Shown: piece after piece, positions 1-12,438 of the stretch
How the letters are laid out: each line of letters starts with the position of its first letter
Numbering within the stretch: the stretch's first letter is position 1
NCBI GenBank assembly: GCA_050084515.1
Contig: CM114271.1
Location: forward strand, 10,106,001-10,170,000
Origin: Blasia pusilla
Lineage: Eukaryota
DNA length: 64,000 nt
Direction of reading: 5' to 3'
Notes under the pieces: model-generated
What the model saw: the letters and a program-made list of their open reading frames with translations, nothing else
What the model was told of the DNA's origin: nothing
Database searches by the model: none
Position numbers and translations under genes: made by a program

Positions 1-1429
1 CAGCACTAGGTTGGCTGTTGTTTTGTAGGCAAGAATGCAGATGGAGCAATACCTATATATGGAGCTTGATGAGGTTGCGAGGCGAGTTTCACTATGATAT
101 GTGGCATAATTATGCTTCCATTTTCCTGACTTGTTATCTACGTCCGCTGTACATGGGTATTAGAGTTCCCTACTGAAGGACATTTCAATGCTAGGGGCGC
201 AGGATTTGGAGCAGGTAGGGACCATCGATTTGGTCCTTGCTCGTTGGCCATGTCAAGGCCTGTCAAGTGCTAGACGGGATTGCAGGTTGGTTGACACTCG
301 ATCCAGGTTGTTTTGGGAGATGTTGAGGATCTGTGATACCCACCATTTTTAAAATTTTTCCTTTAAAAGATTTTTTTGTACAGAATTAAGTACAAGTCGT
401 CATGGACGAAGACTAAAGACTGAGTATTTTATGAAGATTATATATAAGCAAAGGAAGGAAGCTCTTTGTCAAGATCTTAAGTACTGCGGTGTACCAAAGT
501 GAATGGAAGTTGTATACATGTGAGTGAAGCTCTCGTCAGGAAACAAGGAGATTGGAAAATCAAGGACTTGTTTTGGAGGAGTAACAAAATTTGAAGATAG
601 TTTAAAGTAAAGAAGGAAGTGGTGCGTGTTGCAATAAAGACATGTTAAGGAGAAGAAGTGCTAGAGAAAGACTATGAAGACACAGGTACTCCGTAAAAGA
701 AGGAAGAGGGAAAAGAAGTATCATATCTTCTCTATGTAGCGAAGACTTATGAACGAAGCACTTTTGAGGACATGAGGAGGAAGAAACAGCTTCGCGCAAC
801 TGAAGCTGCTTCGCAAAGTAACGAAGATTGAAACAACTTTGCATAGAAAAGAAGACAATAACCAATTCCAAGAGGCACACCCTTAGAGTAGTTAGGATGT
901 AAAGGGGTATACCGTTCCAGGGAAGCACAGAAGGGTACAACGGTTAGTGTTAGCGGATTCATAGGGATTAGGGGAAAAGTAACCAGAAGTGTAGATTAAG
1001 TAGTTAAGAGGATCTAAACAGATTCTTACACATCAAGAAGCACTTCATATCTCAAGAACTCATGCATTTTGATCCAATATTTAAAGAGTGTTAGAGTAGT
1101 TTGTGTTATCATTCTCGTAAGACGTTGTTATGCTGTAGGAATGATCCAAGCTAAGAAAGAGAGTACCCTCTCCAACTTGTATTGCCTTGAGACCCTCATA
1201 TCTTTGATGGAACGAATGTCTCCCCTTTCTTCAATTTGATGTGCGGAGTTGGTGTATGATCTTATTGGGTCTACAAAGAGAGGAAAGGATGTTTCTTGCA
1301 TTCCATAATGAAAGAATAGACAATAAGAAAGATGTATGAAATTTGTTAGAAAGAGAGTAACCTACCTTGACAGATTAAGTTCTAATAGTAGGATAAGCCA
1401 TTGACTCATTATGTTCTTTGTGAGATTCT

Positions 1430-1741
1430 TGTGGAAAACTGCTAAAGAAGCATAATTTGTGGGAAACGGCTCTCACACTCACACACCATTATGGAGAACA
1501 AAATTTGCAATGAGAGACTAAGTGGAGGCAAGTCCCCTTCTCATTTATATAGGGTATGTACAAGCAATCCTAACCCTTATCTTAACCATAGTCTCGAGTT
1601 AGACTAACTGTGATTAACTAACCCTAGTTAAGATAATCGCGCTTAACTAACTAACCAAAATTAAGCTTCCCTACTTCATGTAAGTACCAAATATAGCAGT
1701 TCAGGTGTCTCATGAGATTGACTGTAACTCAATCTTCAATA
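1430..1741 (-). repeat. Copia 3' LTR
   Basis: ~310-bp direct repeat of 6419-6729, adjacent to the PPT. Confidence 0.93.
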
Positions 1742-4700
1742 CTCCCCCTCAAGCTTATATCGAAATCTTTAACGCCTAAATCATTTCTAAACATCTCAAA
1801 CTTATCTCTAGACAATGCCTTTGTAAAGATGTCATCAATTTGTTGATCTGTGTCTATATACACAAGACCAATTTCTCCTACAACTACTTTCTCTCTGATA
1901 AAATGATATTGCATCTCAATATATTTTGTACGAGCATGAAACACAGGGTTATTAGCAAGCTTGATGCTACTAATATTATCTGCATATATTACACTAGGTC
2001 CTAAGTTACTAACATCAATCTCAACAAGTAATCGATGAAGCCACACCGCCTTATATGTTGCATTGGTTGCTCCTCTCTACTCAGCCTCTGTTGAAGATAA
2101 AACAATTGTAGGTTGCTTCTTTGAAGCCCAACTTATAGTTACGCTTCCCAAAGTTAATGAATAACCAGATGTGGAGTATCGATCAGACACACTTCCTGCC
2201 CAATCAGCATCTGTGAATCCTTGTAATTGAAAACTTGGAGGAGGTTCAAATTGAAGCGCGAATTAAATAGAGAATTTCACATACCGCATAATCCTCCTCA
2301 CAGCATCAAGGTGAGATTTTTGAGGTGCTGGCATAAACTTGCTCACTAGGCCAACAACATAGCTTGAATCTGGTCTAGTTATAGTTAGATAGATTAAACT
2401 TCCAACCATACACGTGTATATATTAGAATTTGCAAGCAGCCCTCCTTCATCCACTCTTGACTTCACACTCTGGTCCAACGGTGTAAAGATTGTATTACAA
2501 GCCGTCATACCATATTTTGAAAGTACATGAAGAGCATATTGTCGTTGTAGTAACCACATGCTCTCTCCAACCTTGATAAACTCAATACCAAGGAATTACT
2601 TGAGTTCTCTCAAATCCTTCACATCAAATTCTGCTTGTAACTTGAGCTTGATTTGTTATACCATTTCTTCAATACTCCTAGTAATCAGGAGATCGTCAAC
2701 ATACAACACAATGAGAACCGTATGATCTTGTCCTCTCAAGATATATAACGAAGAGTCAGAATCACATACCCTAAAATCCAACTCTTATAGGACGTATGTA
2801 ATCTTGCCATACTAAGCTGTTGGAGATTGTTTGAGCCCGTATAAAGCTTTCTTCAACTTACATCCGCGAAATGGAAACTTGGGATGCTCGTATCCAAGTG
2901 GTTGAGTCATATTTACCTCCTCGTATAGATATCCATTCAAAAAAGCATTCTTAACGTCCATGTGATGTAATCTCCACTTCTTACTTCCTGCAATTGCAAC
3001 CATTGTTCTCGTAGTCGCCATCTTTGCAACAGGGCTAAATTTTTCCTCATAATCGATGCCATATTATTGTGCATAGCCCTTAGCCACCAATCTCACTTTG
3101 TATCTCTTAATTCTACCATCTTGATTGCGCTTGATTTTGTAAACCCATTTGCAACCAATAGCTCCCTTACCGGAAGGTATATCAACTAGCTCCCATGTTT
3201 GTTGATGTCTTAATGCAGCAAGCTCTTCCTCCATAGCTTCAATCCATTCGACTTTACTTGCAGCTTCTTCAAAACAACTCGGCTCTTGTTCTTGAAGGCT
3301 AGTCATCATATATGCATGACGTGTCGCAAGGAAACCTTAATTTATGAATTTATGAACTGGATGTGTAACTCTACTTGATCTACGAAGTTGTTGTTCAGAG
3401 ATAGATGCCTTTGACACCTGACTTGAGCTCTGACTAGTGTCAGCTGACTCAATACGTACTCCTCCTGTCCATGGACTCACAGATTTAATTGATGAATCTA
3501 GGACCTCTCCTAATCCTACACTAGTACTTGGGGAAGTTGAAGACAATGTTTGTTGGTTATCAGTCACATTCTCCCCCTCAACAAACGAGTGTAGGGGTGG
3601 AATAGGCTCAGATGGAGCATACCATGACTTTAGCTCATGAGAGACAACATCGCGACTAATAATAAGCTGCCTAGAGGATGGAATGTAGCACTTATATCCC
3701 TTAGTTCCATGAGCATAGCCAATGAAGATACATCTTTCAGACTTGGGGTCTAATTTTTTACATTTCTCAGAATAAACATGAGCATAATAAATATAGTCAA
3801 ATACTTTCAAGAAGGAAAATTCATGTTTACTTCCTCTAAAGACTTCAAATGGAGTTTTATCATGAACTTTTGTTGTTGGAGTTTGGTTGATTTAGAAGAC
3901 TACACATGCTACAGCCTCTGCCCAATACACTTTAGGCATCTTCTTCTCATTCAGCATAGCTCGTGCCGCTTCAGAAATATGTCGATTCTTCCTCTCAGCC
4001 ACTCCATTTTGTTATGGAATGTAACCGCAAGTCACTAGACGTTGGATGCCATTCTGACGTAAATAGTCATCAAACTCTGTTGAAAGGTACTCTCCTCCTC
4101 CATCACAACGCAATTTCAGAATGTTTTCTTCAGTGTGCTTCTCTACTAGAACTCTAAATATTTGGAACATTGAGAATACCTCTAACTTGGCTTTTAGAAA
4201 GTATACCCATATATACCCAGAGAAGTCATCAAGAAATGAAATAAAGTACTGGCTACCACTAAGGTTATGTTGTGATGTTGTCCACACATCACTGTAGATC
4301 AACTCCAATATCCTAGATGCTCTTATACCTTGCTTTGGAAAAGGAAATATAGCTTGTTTTCCAAATTGGCAAGCAGGACATACCTCTAACGTAGCAAGAT
4401 TCGCTAGTTTAGGGAGTCATATTATTATATTAGATGATGAAAGACTCTATAATCTTTGAAGATTCATATGTCCAATTCTTTTATGCCACACATCTAGATG
4501 TGTGACTTGTTGGCCGGTTTGACCATACATTGCTGTTTGAATCGCTGGCATAGAAACATCTAATTTGAACATTTTACCATATCTAGTTCCTTTGGCTATC
4601 GTAGTCTGGTCATCCATTATTTCAATGAAACAACCATCTGCGTTAAACTTCACTTGATAATCCTATTCTATTATCTGTCCTACAGAGATTAGGTTTCCTA

Positions 4701-5901
4701 CAATGGTAGGAACATAGAGAACATTTCCAAAAGCACAAAGACCATCTGATGTTATTGGAACTTTAGCGGTATGCGTGAAAGGATGTTGAGTGTCATCTCC
4801 TATGAGCACAATTGTACCATCTATCATCGGCTCCAAACTACTGAACCATTTCGCTTGTGAGGTCATGTGATTTGATGCACTAGAGTCAATGTACCAATCT
4901 GCTGTTGAGTCTTTTTTGACCATTGCTCCCATATGATGAGTCATGACCAAAAGATGCTCCGTTTGTGAATGTTGTTGTTCTTGGTATTGCTCTTGGTGTT
5001 GTTGCTCCACATACTTTTGTTGTTGTAAGGCTCTTGTTCTCATATCTGTCTTCTTCTTGAATCAAAACTTTGCATAGTGACACTTTATCCCACACTAATT
5101 GCAAGATCCAGGGACCCTCTGTTGCTGATCTTGACCCCAACGATTTCCACCATCACCACCTTGTGATTGTGTCTAGTACTGATTCGTAGTTGATTGAGTG
5201 ACGTTATATTGAGTGCCTCTTCCTCCATATGCTTGATATCCATCACGACCACGAACGCTTCTGCCACGACCCCTGCCTCTGTTTGATCCATAACCTGCAA
5301 ATAGCGCACTCTCTTGCACACTAGACAAGCTATCGTTGCCTACTAGGCGCATGTCTTCACTGATTAACAGTGAGACTAACTCTTGAAAGGTTGGATACTT
5401 CTCTCTCACAGAGATAGAGGTCTTAAAGAACTTGTAATCCTTTGAAAGGTCTTGAAGAGTGAACAAAATCTTCTATTGTCACTCCAATGCTATTCAACTC
5501 ATCAACAATATGTTTGATACTCAAAATATAATCATTGATGCTCTACGATCCTTTCCTTACTTTGTTCAATTGCTATTTCAATTGAAGCTTTCTGGCCTTT
5601 GTAGATTCTAGAATAGATTTTCCAATGCATCCCATGTCTCCTTCGGATTATTTACATCTTGAATGTGACCTATCATTGGCGAACTGATTGTTATTGAAAT
5701 GTAGTGGATTACTTGCCTTGCACGTTTGTTCCAGGCCTGAACATTCAAGTTTGTTGAGTCATCTTCTGGCTTGGCTTCATCACCTATAGCAAGCTCCCAT
5801 AGTTCTTGAACAATGAGAAATTGTTTCATGCGATACTTCTAGACATTGTAATTTTGCTTATGTAGCTTATCGCCTGTGATTGCTATTGAGGAATACTCCA
5901 T
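1729..5901 (-). pseudogene. Copia gag-pol (gag, protease, GAG-pre-integrase, integrase, RT, RNase H) with stops and frameshifts
   Basis: ORF fragments carry WYIDSSASNHMT (PR), WHKRIGH, LRCDGGGEY (INT), [40 protein letters not shown] (RT) and NPVFHARTKYIE..DIFTKAL (RH). Confidence 0.95.
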
Positions 5902-6418
5902 GACGAACGATTTCTCTCACAAAAATATAATTTCAGGTTCTCTACTGCTCCAATTACAACATAGACCACTCCTATACAAAAATTGACCTGAAATTTGCCA
6001 AAATTGATCAACTGTGTGAAAGAACTAGTCGAAATTGGCCTGTAGAGAGCAAATTGCACAACTTTTCTTCATTAATTGCACTTTCCTACACTTAAATTGT
6101 TACTGCAGGAGCTCAGAATGTCAAAATCAAGCAATTTTGGGTGCGTTGGAAAGCTCTAGACAAGCTCTACAAATATAACTGGATTCAGCCTTCAGAATCA
6201 TTCTAGCCTACGCATACCGAGATGGCTAAGTCGACTGGGAAAGCTCTAAAAAATGCCTCCAAAGTTTTATCACCGTCAAAGCTCCACCTGAAATTTGTAC
6301 CCACTGAGCTCTGAACAAAATTTCCTTCTCCCAAACTGAAATTGTGCCTTCTCTTGCCTCTCTTCTCTCCTCAAACACCAAGAATTTCAAGTGATGTTCT
6401 CCTATCGTTGTGATACCA

Positions 6419-6729
6419 TGTGGAAAACTGCTAAAGAAGCATAATTGGTGGGAAACGACTCTCACACTCACACAGCACCATGGAGAACAAAATTTGCAAT
6501 GAGAGAATAAGTGGAGGCTGGTCCCTTCTCAATTTTATAGGGTATGTACAAGCTACCCTAACCCTAACCTTAACCATAGTCTCGAGTTAGACTAAATATG
6601 ATTAAATAACCCTAGTTAAAATAATCGCGCTTAACTGACTAACCAAGATTAAGCTTCCCTATTTCGTGTGAGTACCAAATATAGCAATTCAGTTATCTCA
6701 TGAGCTTGACTGTAACTCAATCTTCAATC
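6419..6729 (-). repeat. Copia 5' LTR
   Basis: Direct repeat of 1430-1741, adjacent to the Met-type PBS. Confidence 0.93.
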
Positions 6730-8529
6730 ATTCTTTCTTGGTTGAGCAAGATACAGATTATGAGAGTTCATTCTTTATCCACTTGAGAAGATACTTTGAG
6801 GGAAATGAACATATTTTGTGTTAAGTGAAGTCGTTCTTGTTTTCTTGTTTTCTACAATATTGGGAAACTTCATGAATTATTCTTATTTATTACAAACTAC
6901 TTCTCTTTTCAGGAAAGCGTAATCTTCTTGGGGAACAAACTATATACTACTTCATCAAAAGATGACAATTTCTATTCTCTTGTACATTACATATAGAGTT
7001 GAGAATTTTTGTTCAGGATCTTACGACACTTGCAAGCATATTTGTCTCGTTCTCCAAGGTAAATTTTGGAGAATGTGCCAATCTTAAGTGATTCAAGATC
7101 CCGTGTGGTGACGAGTGCAAATCTGGTCCACGCATGGATCAACCTAGTAGTGTTGTTAGATGTGGCGTATTGTAGGTTCACATCCACATCAGCCACATCT
7201 TTGGTGGACCAACTTGGTGCCATATGAGGTGTTGTGGAGGGCTATGTGGGAGTGGAACGCCCCTCCGATTGTTGGTGGATTCTATTATAGATCCAAGTCA
7301 TCGATCATAGGCAGTGAGGTACGATGATTGACCGCCGCTGATCGTGGTCAATAGGATTGGCATGGCACTAGCAACCTTTCTCAAATTTGTGACTTTTCCT
7401 GCTTCCTATGCATACAAGAAGGCATAAATTGCTTGGTTTCAATGGTTTGGGATGAGCAGGTACAGCGGTTGGTGAAGCCCAACGCCAATAAGCGAGAGCA
7501 AGCGATGGGATTTCCCACAGGAATGACGGTAGTATTGTCACTATCAGAGGCATCATGATGACATGTCTTGGGTGAGGCAATGGACTTAAACTGCTTGACA
7601 TGGATCATCAGCTTAGGAGTCGCTGAGTAACGTCGTTTGAGATTTCGACAAGTTAAAGCTTTTGCGTTGGTGAGCCCCATGCCTACTAAGATGGTTGAGG
7701 CAATGGCTGGGGGCGGATCTGAGGAGATCTGACACACCAAGGATGATAGGGAGAGACACCCTTGGACTTCTCCGGATGTTTTGCAGATACGCCGAGAGAT
7801 ATGATGTACAACTCAAGGAAAAGGTAGTTTCTTAATCGCAAAGTATTAAGTTTGTTCCCAAGAGATCACTATTTCTTGAGAAAAGAGAGGATTTATAAGA
7901 AATATAAAGAATAATTTCTTCTTCATTGAGTAGTTCAATAGCTTCAACAACCGAGTCTTCAAACAAAACTCTTCTCAAGTGCAGAAAGGGAGTCTTGCGA
8001 GTCTTGGATACCAAAATTCAAACAAGGACCTCAAAGAGACCTCAAGAAGATTGCAGCTCACCCTACTTTCAGAACTGAATGTGTCACGGTAGGTTACTCA
8101 TTGTCTAACAACTTTCCTACTCTCTTATTGATTATTTTATGGAATTCTGAAATCAAGGACTCAAATCTCATCCCTACACCAGCCCAATAAGATTGACATT
8201 CAACTCCGCACATCAAAAAGAATGAGCGAGGACACTTCTCCTACATCAAAGAGAGGAGGAAACTAGAAAGCATTAATAGCTTCAGAGTGTACAAGGCTCT
8301 TCGGCTCAAATCATCCCTTAAAAACGCTTCTCACATAATCAACAAGAGTGCTGGGAACTCGAGACCCAAGGAATGATCACAAAGCGGAAAGATGTATGAA
8401 GAGTAGGAATAGGAAGAGTTGGAACATCTGAACCGTGAGATTAATAATTAGAAATCTACAGGGAAATAAGAAGAACCACGAATTGTAAAGAGAATATTTA
8501 AAGAGTAAGACAGAAGAGCAAGGGAACCG

Positions 8530-9622
8530 CTTCGAAAACTCTCAAGAACGAAGTCAAATGCCTCAAGGTCGTGTGCACAGCCTGCACTGCCAAACTGTCC
8601 CTTGAGCTTGAAGGGAGTACTACTGGTTCTACTCCATCGAACACGGGTGTTTCCGCTACCTCTACTTCTTCTTCTTCAAGTGCTTTGATTCTGACCCTCT
8701 TGGGTCTTGGTATATCAAGCGATTGTGAGGGCGGCCGAGAAAAGGATGCTTCCGCCAGCCTTTGCTTAGTTCTTGGCACACTTTGAGGTGTTTCCGCTAG
8801 AGTTACTGCTGCTCCTTCTCGAGTACCCAAAGCAGATGCTTTGGTTGTCTTTGGCCTTCTACTTGGGGTAGCCATGACCCACTCCGCAGACTCGTTACGG
8901 AAAATTTCCCCAACTAGGAGGTACAAATGAATTAAGAAGGGAGAGAGATAAGACTTCTCTCCCGGTGTCTAAGCTCCTATCAAATCGATGACATGGGCAT
9001 GCACCAGCGCTGCAAAGTCTACTCCTGGCTCTTTGGGCTGCAGATGCATATTCCAAAGAGTGTAACATTGCTTCACACGCTTATGACTCATATAATAGGT
9101 CCTACCAAGATTGAACATAACCTGGTACAACTTACAGAATTGCGCGAATAGAGGAGGACTCAACATTTGCGGCTTGTAGCCGTTCTTGCCTAATTGTTCT
9201 ACTGTGATGCACCCAAGTTCTTCAAGCTCCTCCTGTCGGATGAGAGCATCATAGTCCAGTTCTTCTTCTCGAGCCGCAGGAAGCTCATACGCGACATGCC
9301 ACAGATTGGTGGACCAAGTGTCCGGTTGCGCCCGATATTTGTAACCCTGCTTGCCAAATTCAATCACCTTAGAGCTTGAATGTAGCTCCGCAAGTAACGC
9401 CACCAAAGACTACAACCAATCGGCTCCAAAGAACTGCCACAAAGATCTCTCCTCCAAGGCTTTGCACAATTCACTTGAAATACCTAACGTTGGGTACACC
9501 CTGCACTTCATGAGAGCCATATCCTCCTTCCGACCTGAGTCTGCGTGCTTCCGAAGGTTCTTGCGAGATCTCTGCACGGCCCTCGTTGGTCGACTCTTGA
9601 CAGTTCCTGGTCCTCTTGCCAT
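8530..9622 (-). pseudogene. Accessory ORF of unknown function downstream of integrase in the Athila-like element
   Basis: Consecutive fragments 9410-9622, 8969-9406 and 8498-8926 are separated by single stops. A clear homologue lies at 46482-47296 (shared LFAQFCKLYQ, GRTYYMS, PGVDFA.LVHAHVIDL, PGEKSYLSPFLI). Confidence 0.75.
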
Positions 9623-9931
9623 GTGAAATGAGCAAACGCGCGCCCTTGGTCCGACTACTATTGTGCCTAATAACCGCCAGTCTTACGTAATGGACGCGCA
9701 TTTTGTAACGGCCTTTTGGCACTCTTCGCGATCTAGTGCAAAGAACTCGAGGACAAAGAGCAAGATGGAAAGACAAAGATTGCGAGGAAAAAGAAGGAAA
9801 AGACCCGAGACAAAGACCACCATCCCTTGTCTTTCTTGAGTCTTTGCGAGTCCTGGAGGTCTTTACTTCAACATTCTTGAAGTCTTCAGCGCAAGTCCTA
9901 CACCCTCATTCCTTACCCCCTCCCTCAGTCT

Positions 9932-12438
9932 TCAATCGGGTGTATGATATCTTTGCACATGCATGCCATTCACTCTTGTTGGAAATACTTCTCCTCTTAA
10001 TATTTCTAGTTGTAAAGAACCATTTTCAAAAATCTCTAGGACTCGATAATGTCCCATCCAATTTAACTTGAGCTTCCCTAGGAATTTCAGATGACGATTA
10101 TCATAGAGCAGCACCAAATCTCCTTCTTTAATTGATTGTGGTCTTAGGTTCTTGTCGTATCGCTTCTTTCTTTGGGTTTGGACAGTCTTTGTATGGCCAA
10201 GAGCAAGATGTCTTGCTTCCTCCACATCCACCAAGTCCTTGTTTCTCTTTTCTGTGATAGCCAACTCTTCGTTGTTTCTCTCATCTTCTAGAATTTGGTA
10301 GGTGGGCACATCCCATTTGATTGGAACAAGGGGTTGAATTCCATATGTCAAATAGAATGGTGTGTACATGGTAGTGACTTTCTCCGTTGTTCGGTAGGCC
10401 CAGAGTGTAGTAGGAATCTTGGTATCCCAGTCATATGAATATGTGACAATTAGGCGGTTCAAAATCCTGCAAATGAGCCCATTGGACTTCTTTATTAACC
10501 CATTGGCTTTGGGATTGTAAGGTGTAGTCTTCCTATGCTTGATCGGGAAGTGATGTGTTAATACTTTGACGATCTTGTTGAGGAAATGGGTCCTTTTGGT
10601 CGCTTATGAGTTCCAATGGATAGCACAAATACCTGGTAATTATTATCTCATATAAGAACTTGGCCACTACCTCAGTGTCATCTTTGGTAGTAGCTACTGC
10701 TTCCACAATATTGGTACAAGAATATGTAGCAATTAAGATATACTTCCGGCAGGTCTGCCTAGTGGCAAGTGAGATAGGTCCCAAAAAATCAATACCCCAC
10801 TTCTCAAATGGGGCTAAAGGGAGAAAAGGTACCAAAGGCCAACGAGAAGTCGTTGTTGGCCTTCTTGCTCTTTGACAGGCATCACACTTTTGGATGAAGA
10901 ACCTAACATCCCGATACATTGTAGGCCACCAATAGCGTGCGGCTAGGATCTTCTTGACTGCATAATGCCCTCTTGCATCCTTCGAATGCATAGCAACAAT
11001 CACTCAAGGAACTTCCTCCTTCTCCAAGCATCTCATGTCTTCCCTTTGTTTGTCTTTTCTATTTTGTGTTTTTTGGATTTGGTTTTTTTTTCATACGTGG
11101 CAGGTTGAACTCTACAAAATCAACTGATATCATTCCAGGTGATCCGGGTATTCTTCATTTGCGCCAAGCTTGAATAACACCTTGTGGCAGAGCTCATAAG
11201 GCCCTACCTTATGTAAAAACACTGCACGTTCTTGTGCTGTCATAGGGGCTAGAAATGTAAGAGTGACCAGGAATCGTAGAATATCTTTGTACGAAGATCT
11301 TTGCAAGGTCTCTTCGCTGCTCAAGAATAGATTTTCATCCATAAAGTTGTCTTCCAAGGTAATTGTGAGGTCGGTCTTGGGCAGCCTCAAGCGCGATAGG
11401 AAGTCCGCGTTGGTATGGATCTTCCCTGCTCTTGTTACTATATCAAAGGTCAACTCTTGCAACTACACATCCACCTAGCAATCCTCCCGGACAAGTCTAC
11501 TTTGACCACAAAGGCACGAAGCACAAAATGGTTGATATGAAAGAAAAATGGATACCCCATCAAGTATGTCGAATCTTTTTACAGGTGAAGACCATTCCCA
11601 AGGCTTCTCTCTCCGTAGTCGTGTACTTCTGCTCTGCAATTGAGAGTTTCCGGTCTACATAGTAGATGGGGTAATCCTTCTTCTCATCCAACTGACTTAG
11701 TACTACTCCAATCGCAAACGAAGAAGTGTCTACATACACGTGGAACGTCTTTGTCCAATTAGGAGGACGAACCACAGGAGCCGTTAGCAGCGCATGCTTC
11801 AACTCCTCAAACGCAACTTGACAAGTTGGAGACCACTCCCACTCCTCTGTCTTCTTCAGTAGGGTAGTTAAAGGCTTCGCCTTTAGTGCGTTATCCTTAA
11901 TGAATCGGAGATAGTACCCCACATGCCCCGAGAATCCTCTTAGCTCACGAAGACTCGTGGGAGCTTCCAACTCTGAAATTATCTCTACCTTAGCCTTATC
12001 CACTTCGATACCGCGCAAAGACACTCGATGTCCCAATAGGATATCCTACTTCATTGCAATGTAAGACTTCTCTGGGTGCAAAGATAGTTGCACTTCTTGG
12101 CACCGAGACAAGGTTAGCTCCAGCTTTAGCAAATGTTTGGTTGCCGAGCGGAAGACACAAAAGTCATCCAGGAAAATTTCTATGAATCTTTGCAAGTAGT
12201 CCTGAAAGATCAAAATCATCACTCTTTGAAAAGCGGTTGGAGCGTTGCATAGCCTGAAAGGCATCACTCAATAGGAAAAAGTGCCTCAATCCGTAGTAAA
12301 GGTAGTCAAGGCCCGTTCCTTTTCTCTAATAGAGACTTGATTGTAACCTAAATATCCATCCAAGAATGTAAAGCGTTCATGACCGGCCACTTTATCTAAG
12401 ATAGTATCATTGAAGGGCACTGGGTGATGATTCTTCAA
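9932..12438 (-). pseudogene. Ty3/gypsy RT (C-terminal part), RNase H and integrase
   Basis: ORFs 12046-12267, 11560-12036, 11130-11462, 10533-11003 and 9932-10462 carry canonical gypsy motifs. Confidence 0.9.

Larger units (their letters stand above)
1430..6729 (-). mobile_element. Full-length, decayed Ty1/copia LTR retrotransposon
   Basis: Direct LTRs at 1430-1741 and 6419-6729, TSD ATTCT (1425-1429, 6730-6734), Met-type PBS TGGTATCA (6418-6411), PPT GAGGGGGAG (1750-1742), and copia order gag-PR-INT-RT-RH on the minus strand. Confidence 0.95.
332..7015 (+). mobile_element. Solo LTR of the Athila-like family (~1.4 kb net: 332-1429 plus 6735-7015), itself interrupted by a copia element
   Basis: Starts TGTGATACCCACC and ends ...GTTCA. 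Flanked by 5-bp TSD GGATC (327-331, 7016-7020). Similar to the LTRs at 42837-44330 and 62106-63606. Confidence 0.8.
1..7799 (+). pseudogene. Degenerate pol fragment of the DNMT-carrying Ty3/gypsy family: DNMT3-like C5 methyltransferase (1-331 joined to 7021-~7620), split by nested insertions
   Basis: Manual translation gives DLVLARWPCQG (catalytic PC, Cys codon 251-253), SRLFWEMLRI|LRHLQ continuing in frame across the insertion, ILENVP (~7063-7080), HLWWTNL, REQAMGFPTG and HVLGEAMDLNCLTWII. It has several stops and is homologous to 23995-24940. Confidence 0.88.
7800..12438 (-). mobile_element. 5'-truncated Athila-like Ty3/gypsy element (partial RT, RH, INT, accessory ORF, partial 3' LTR ~7800-8520)
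   Basis: Minus-strand fragments MPFRLCNAP..FLDDFCV (RT), HVYVDTSSFAIG..EREALGMV (RH), PFEKWGIDFLGP (INT), then an extra ORF and the reverse complement of the family LTR end. Confidence 0.88.

Noticed and set aside
602-962. Minus-strand Leu/Ser/Phe-rich ORFs here and at 43966-45315, 60367-60865 and 62318-63025
   Set aside because: Chance frames produced by the strong purine/pyrimidine strand bias of the Athila-like LTRs.
6556-6575. Telomere-like CCCTAA units (also GGTTTAGGG/AACCCTAA at ~39152-39180)
   Set aside because: Only 1-3 imperfect units inside LTRs, at most telo-box-like motifs and not an interstitial telomere array.
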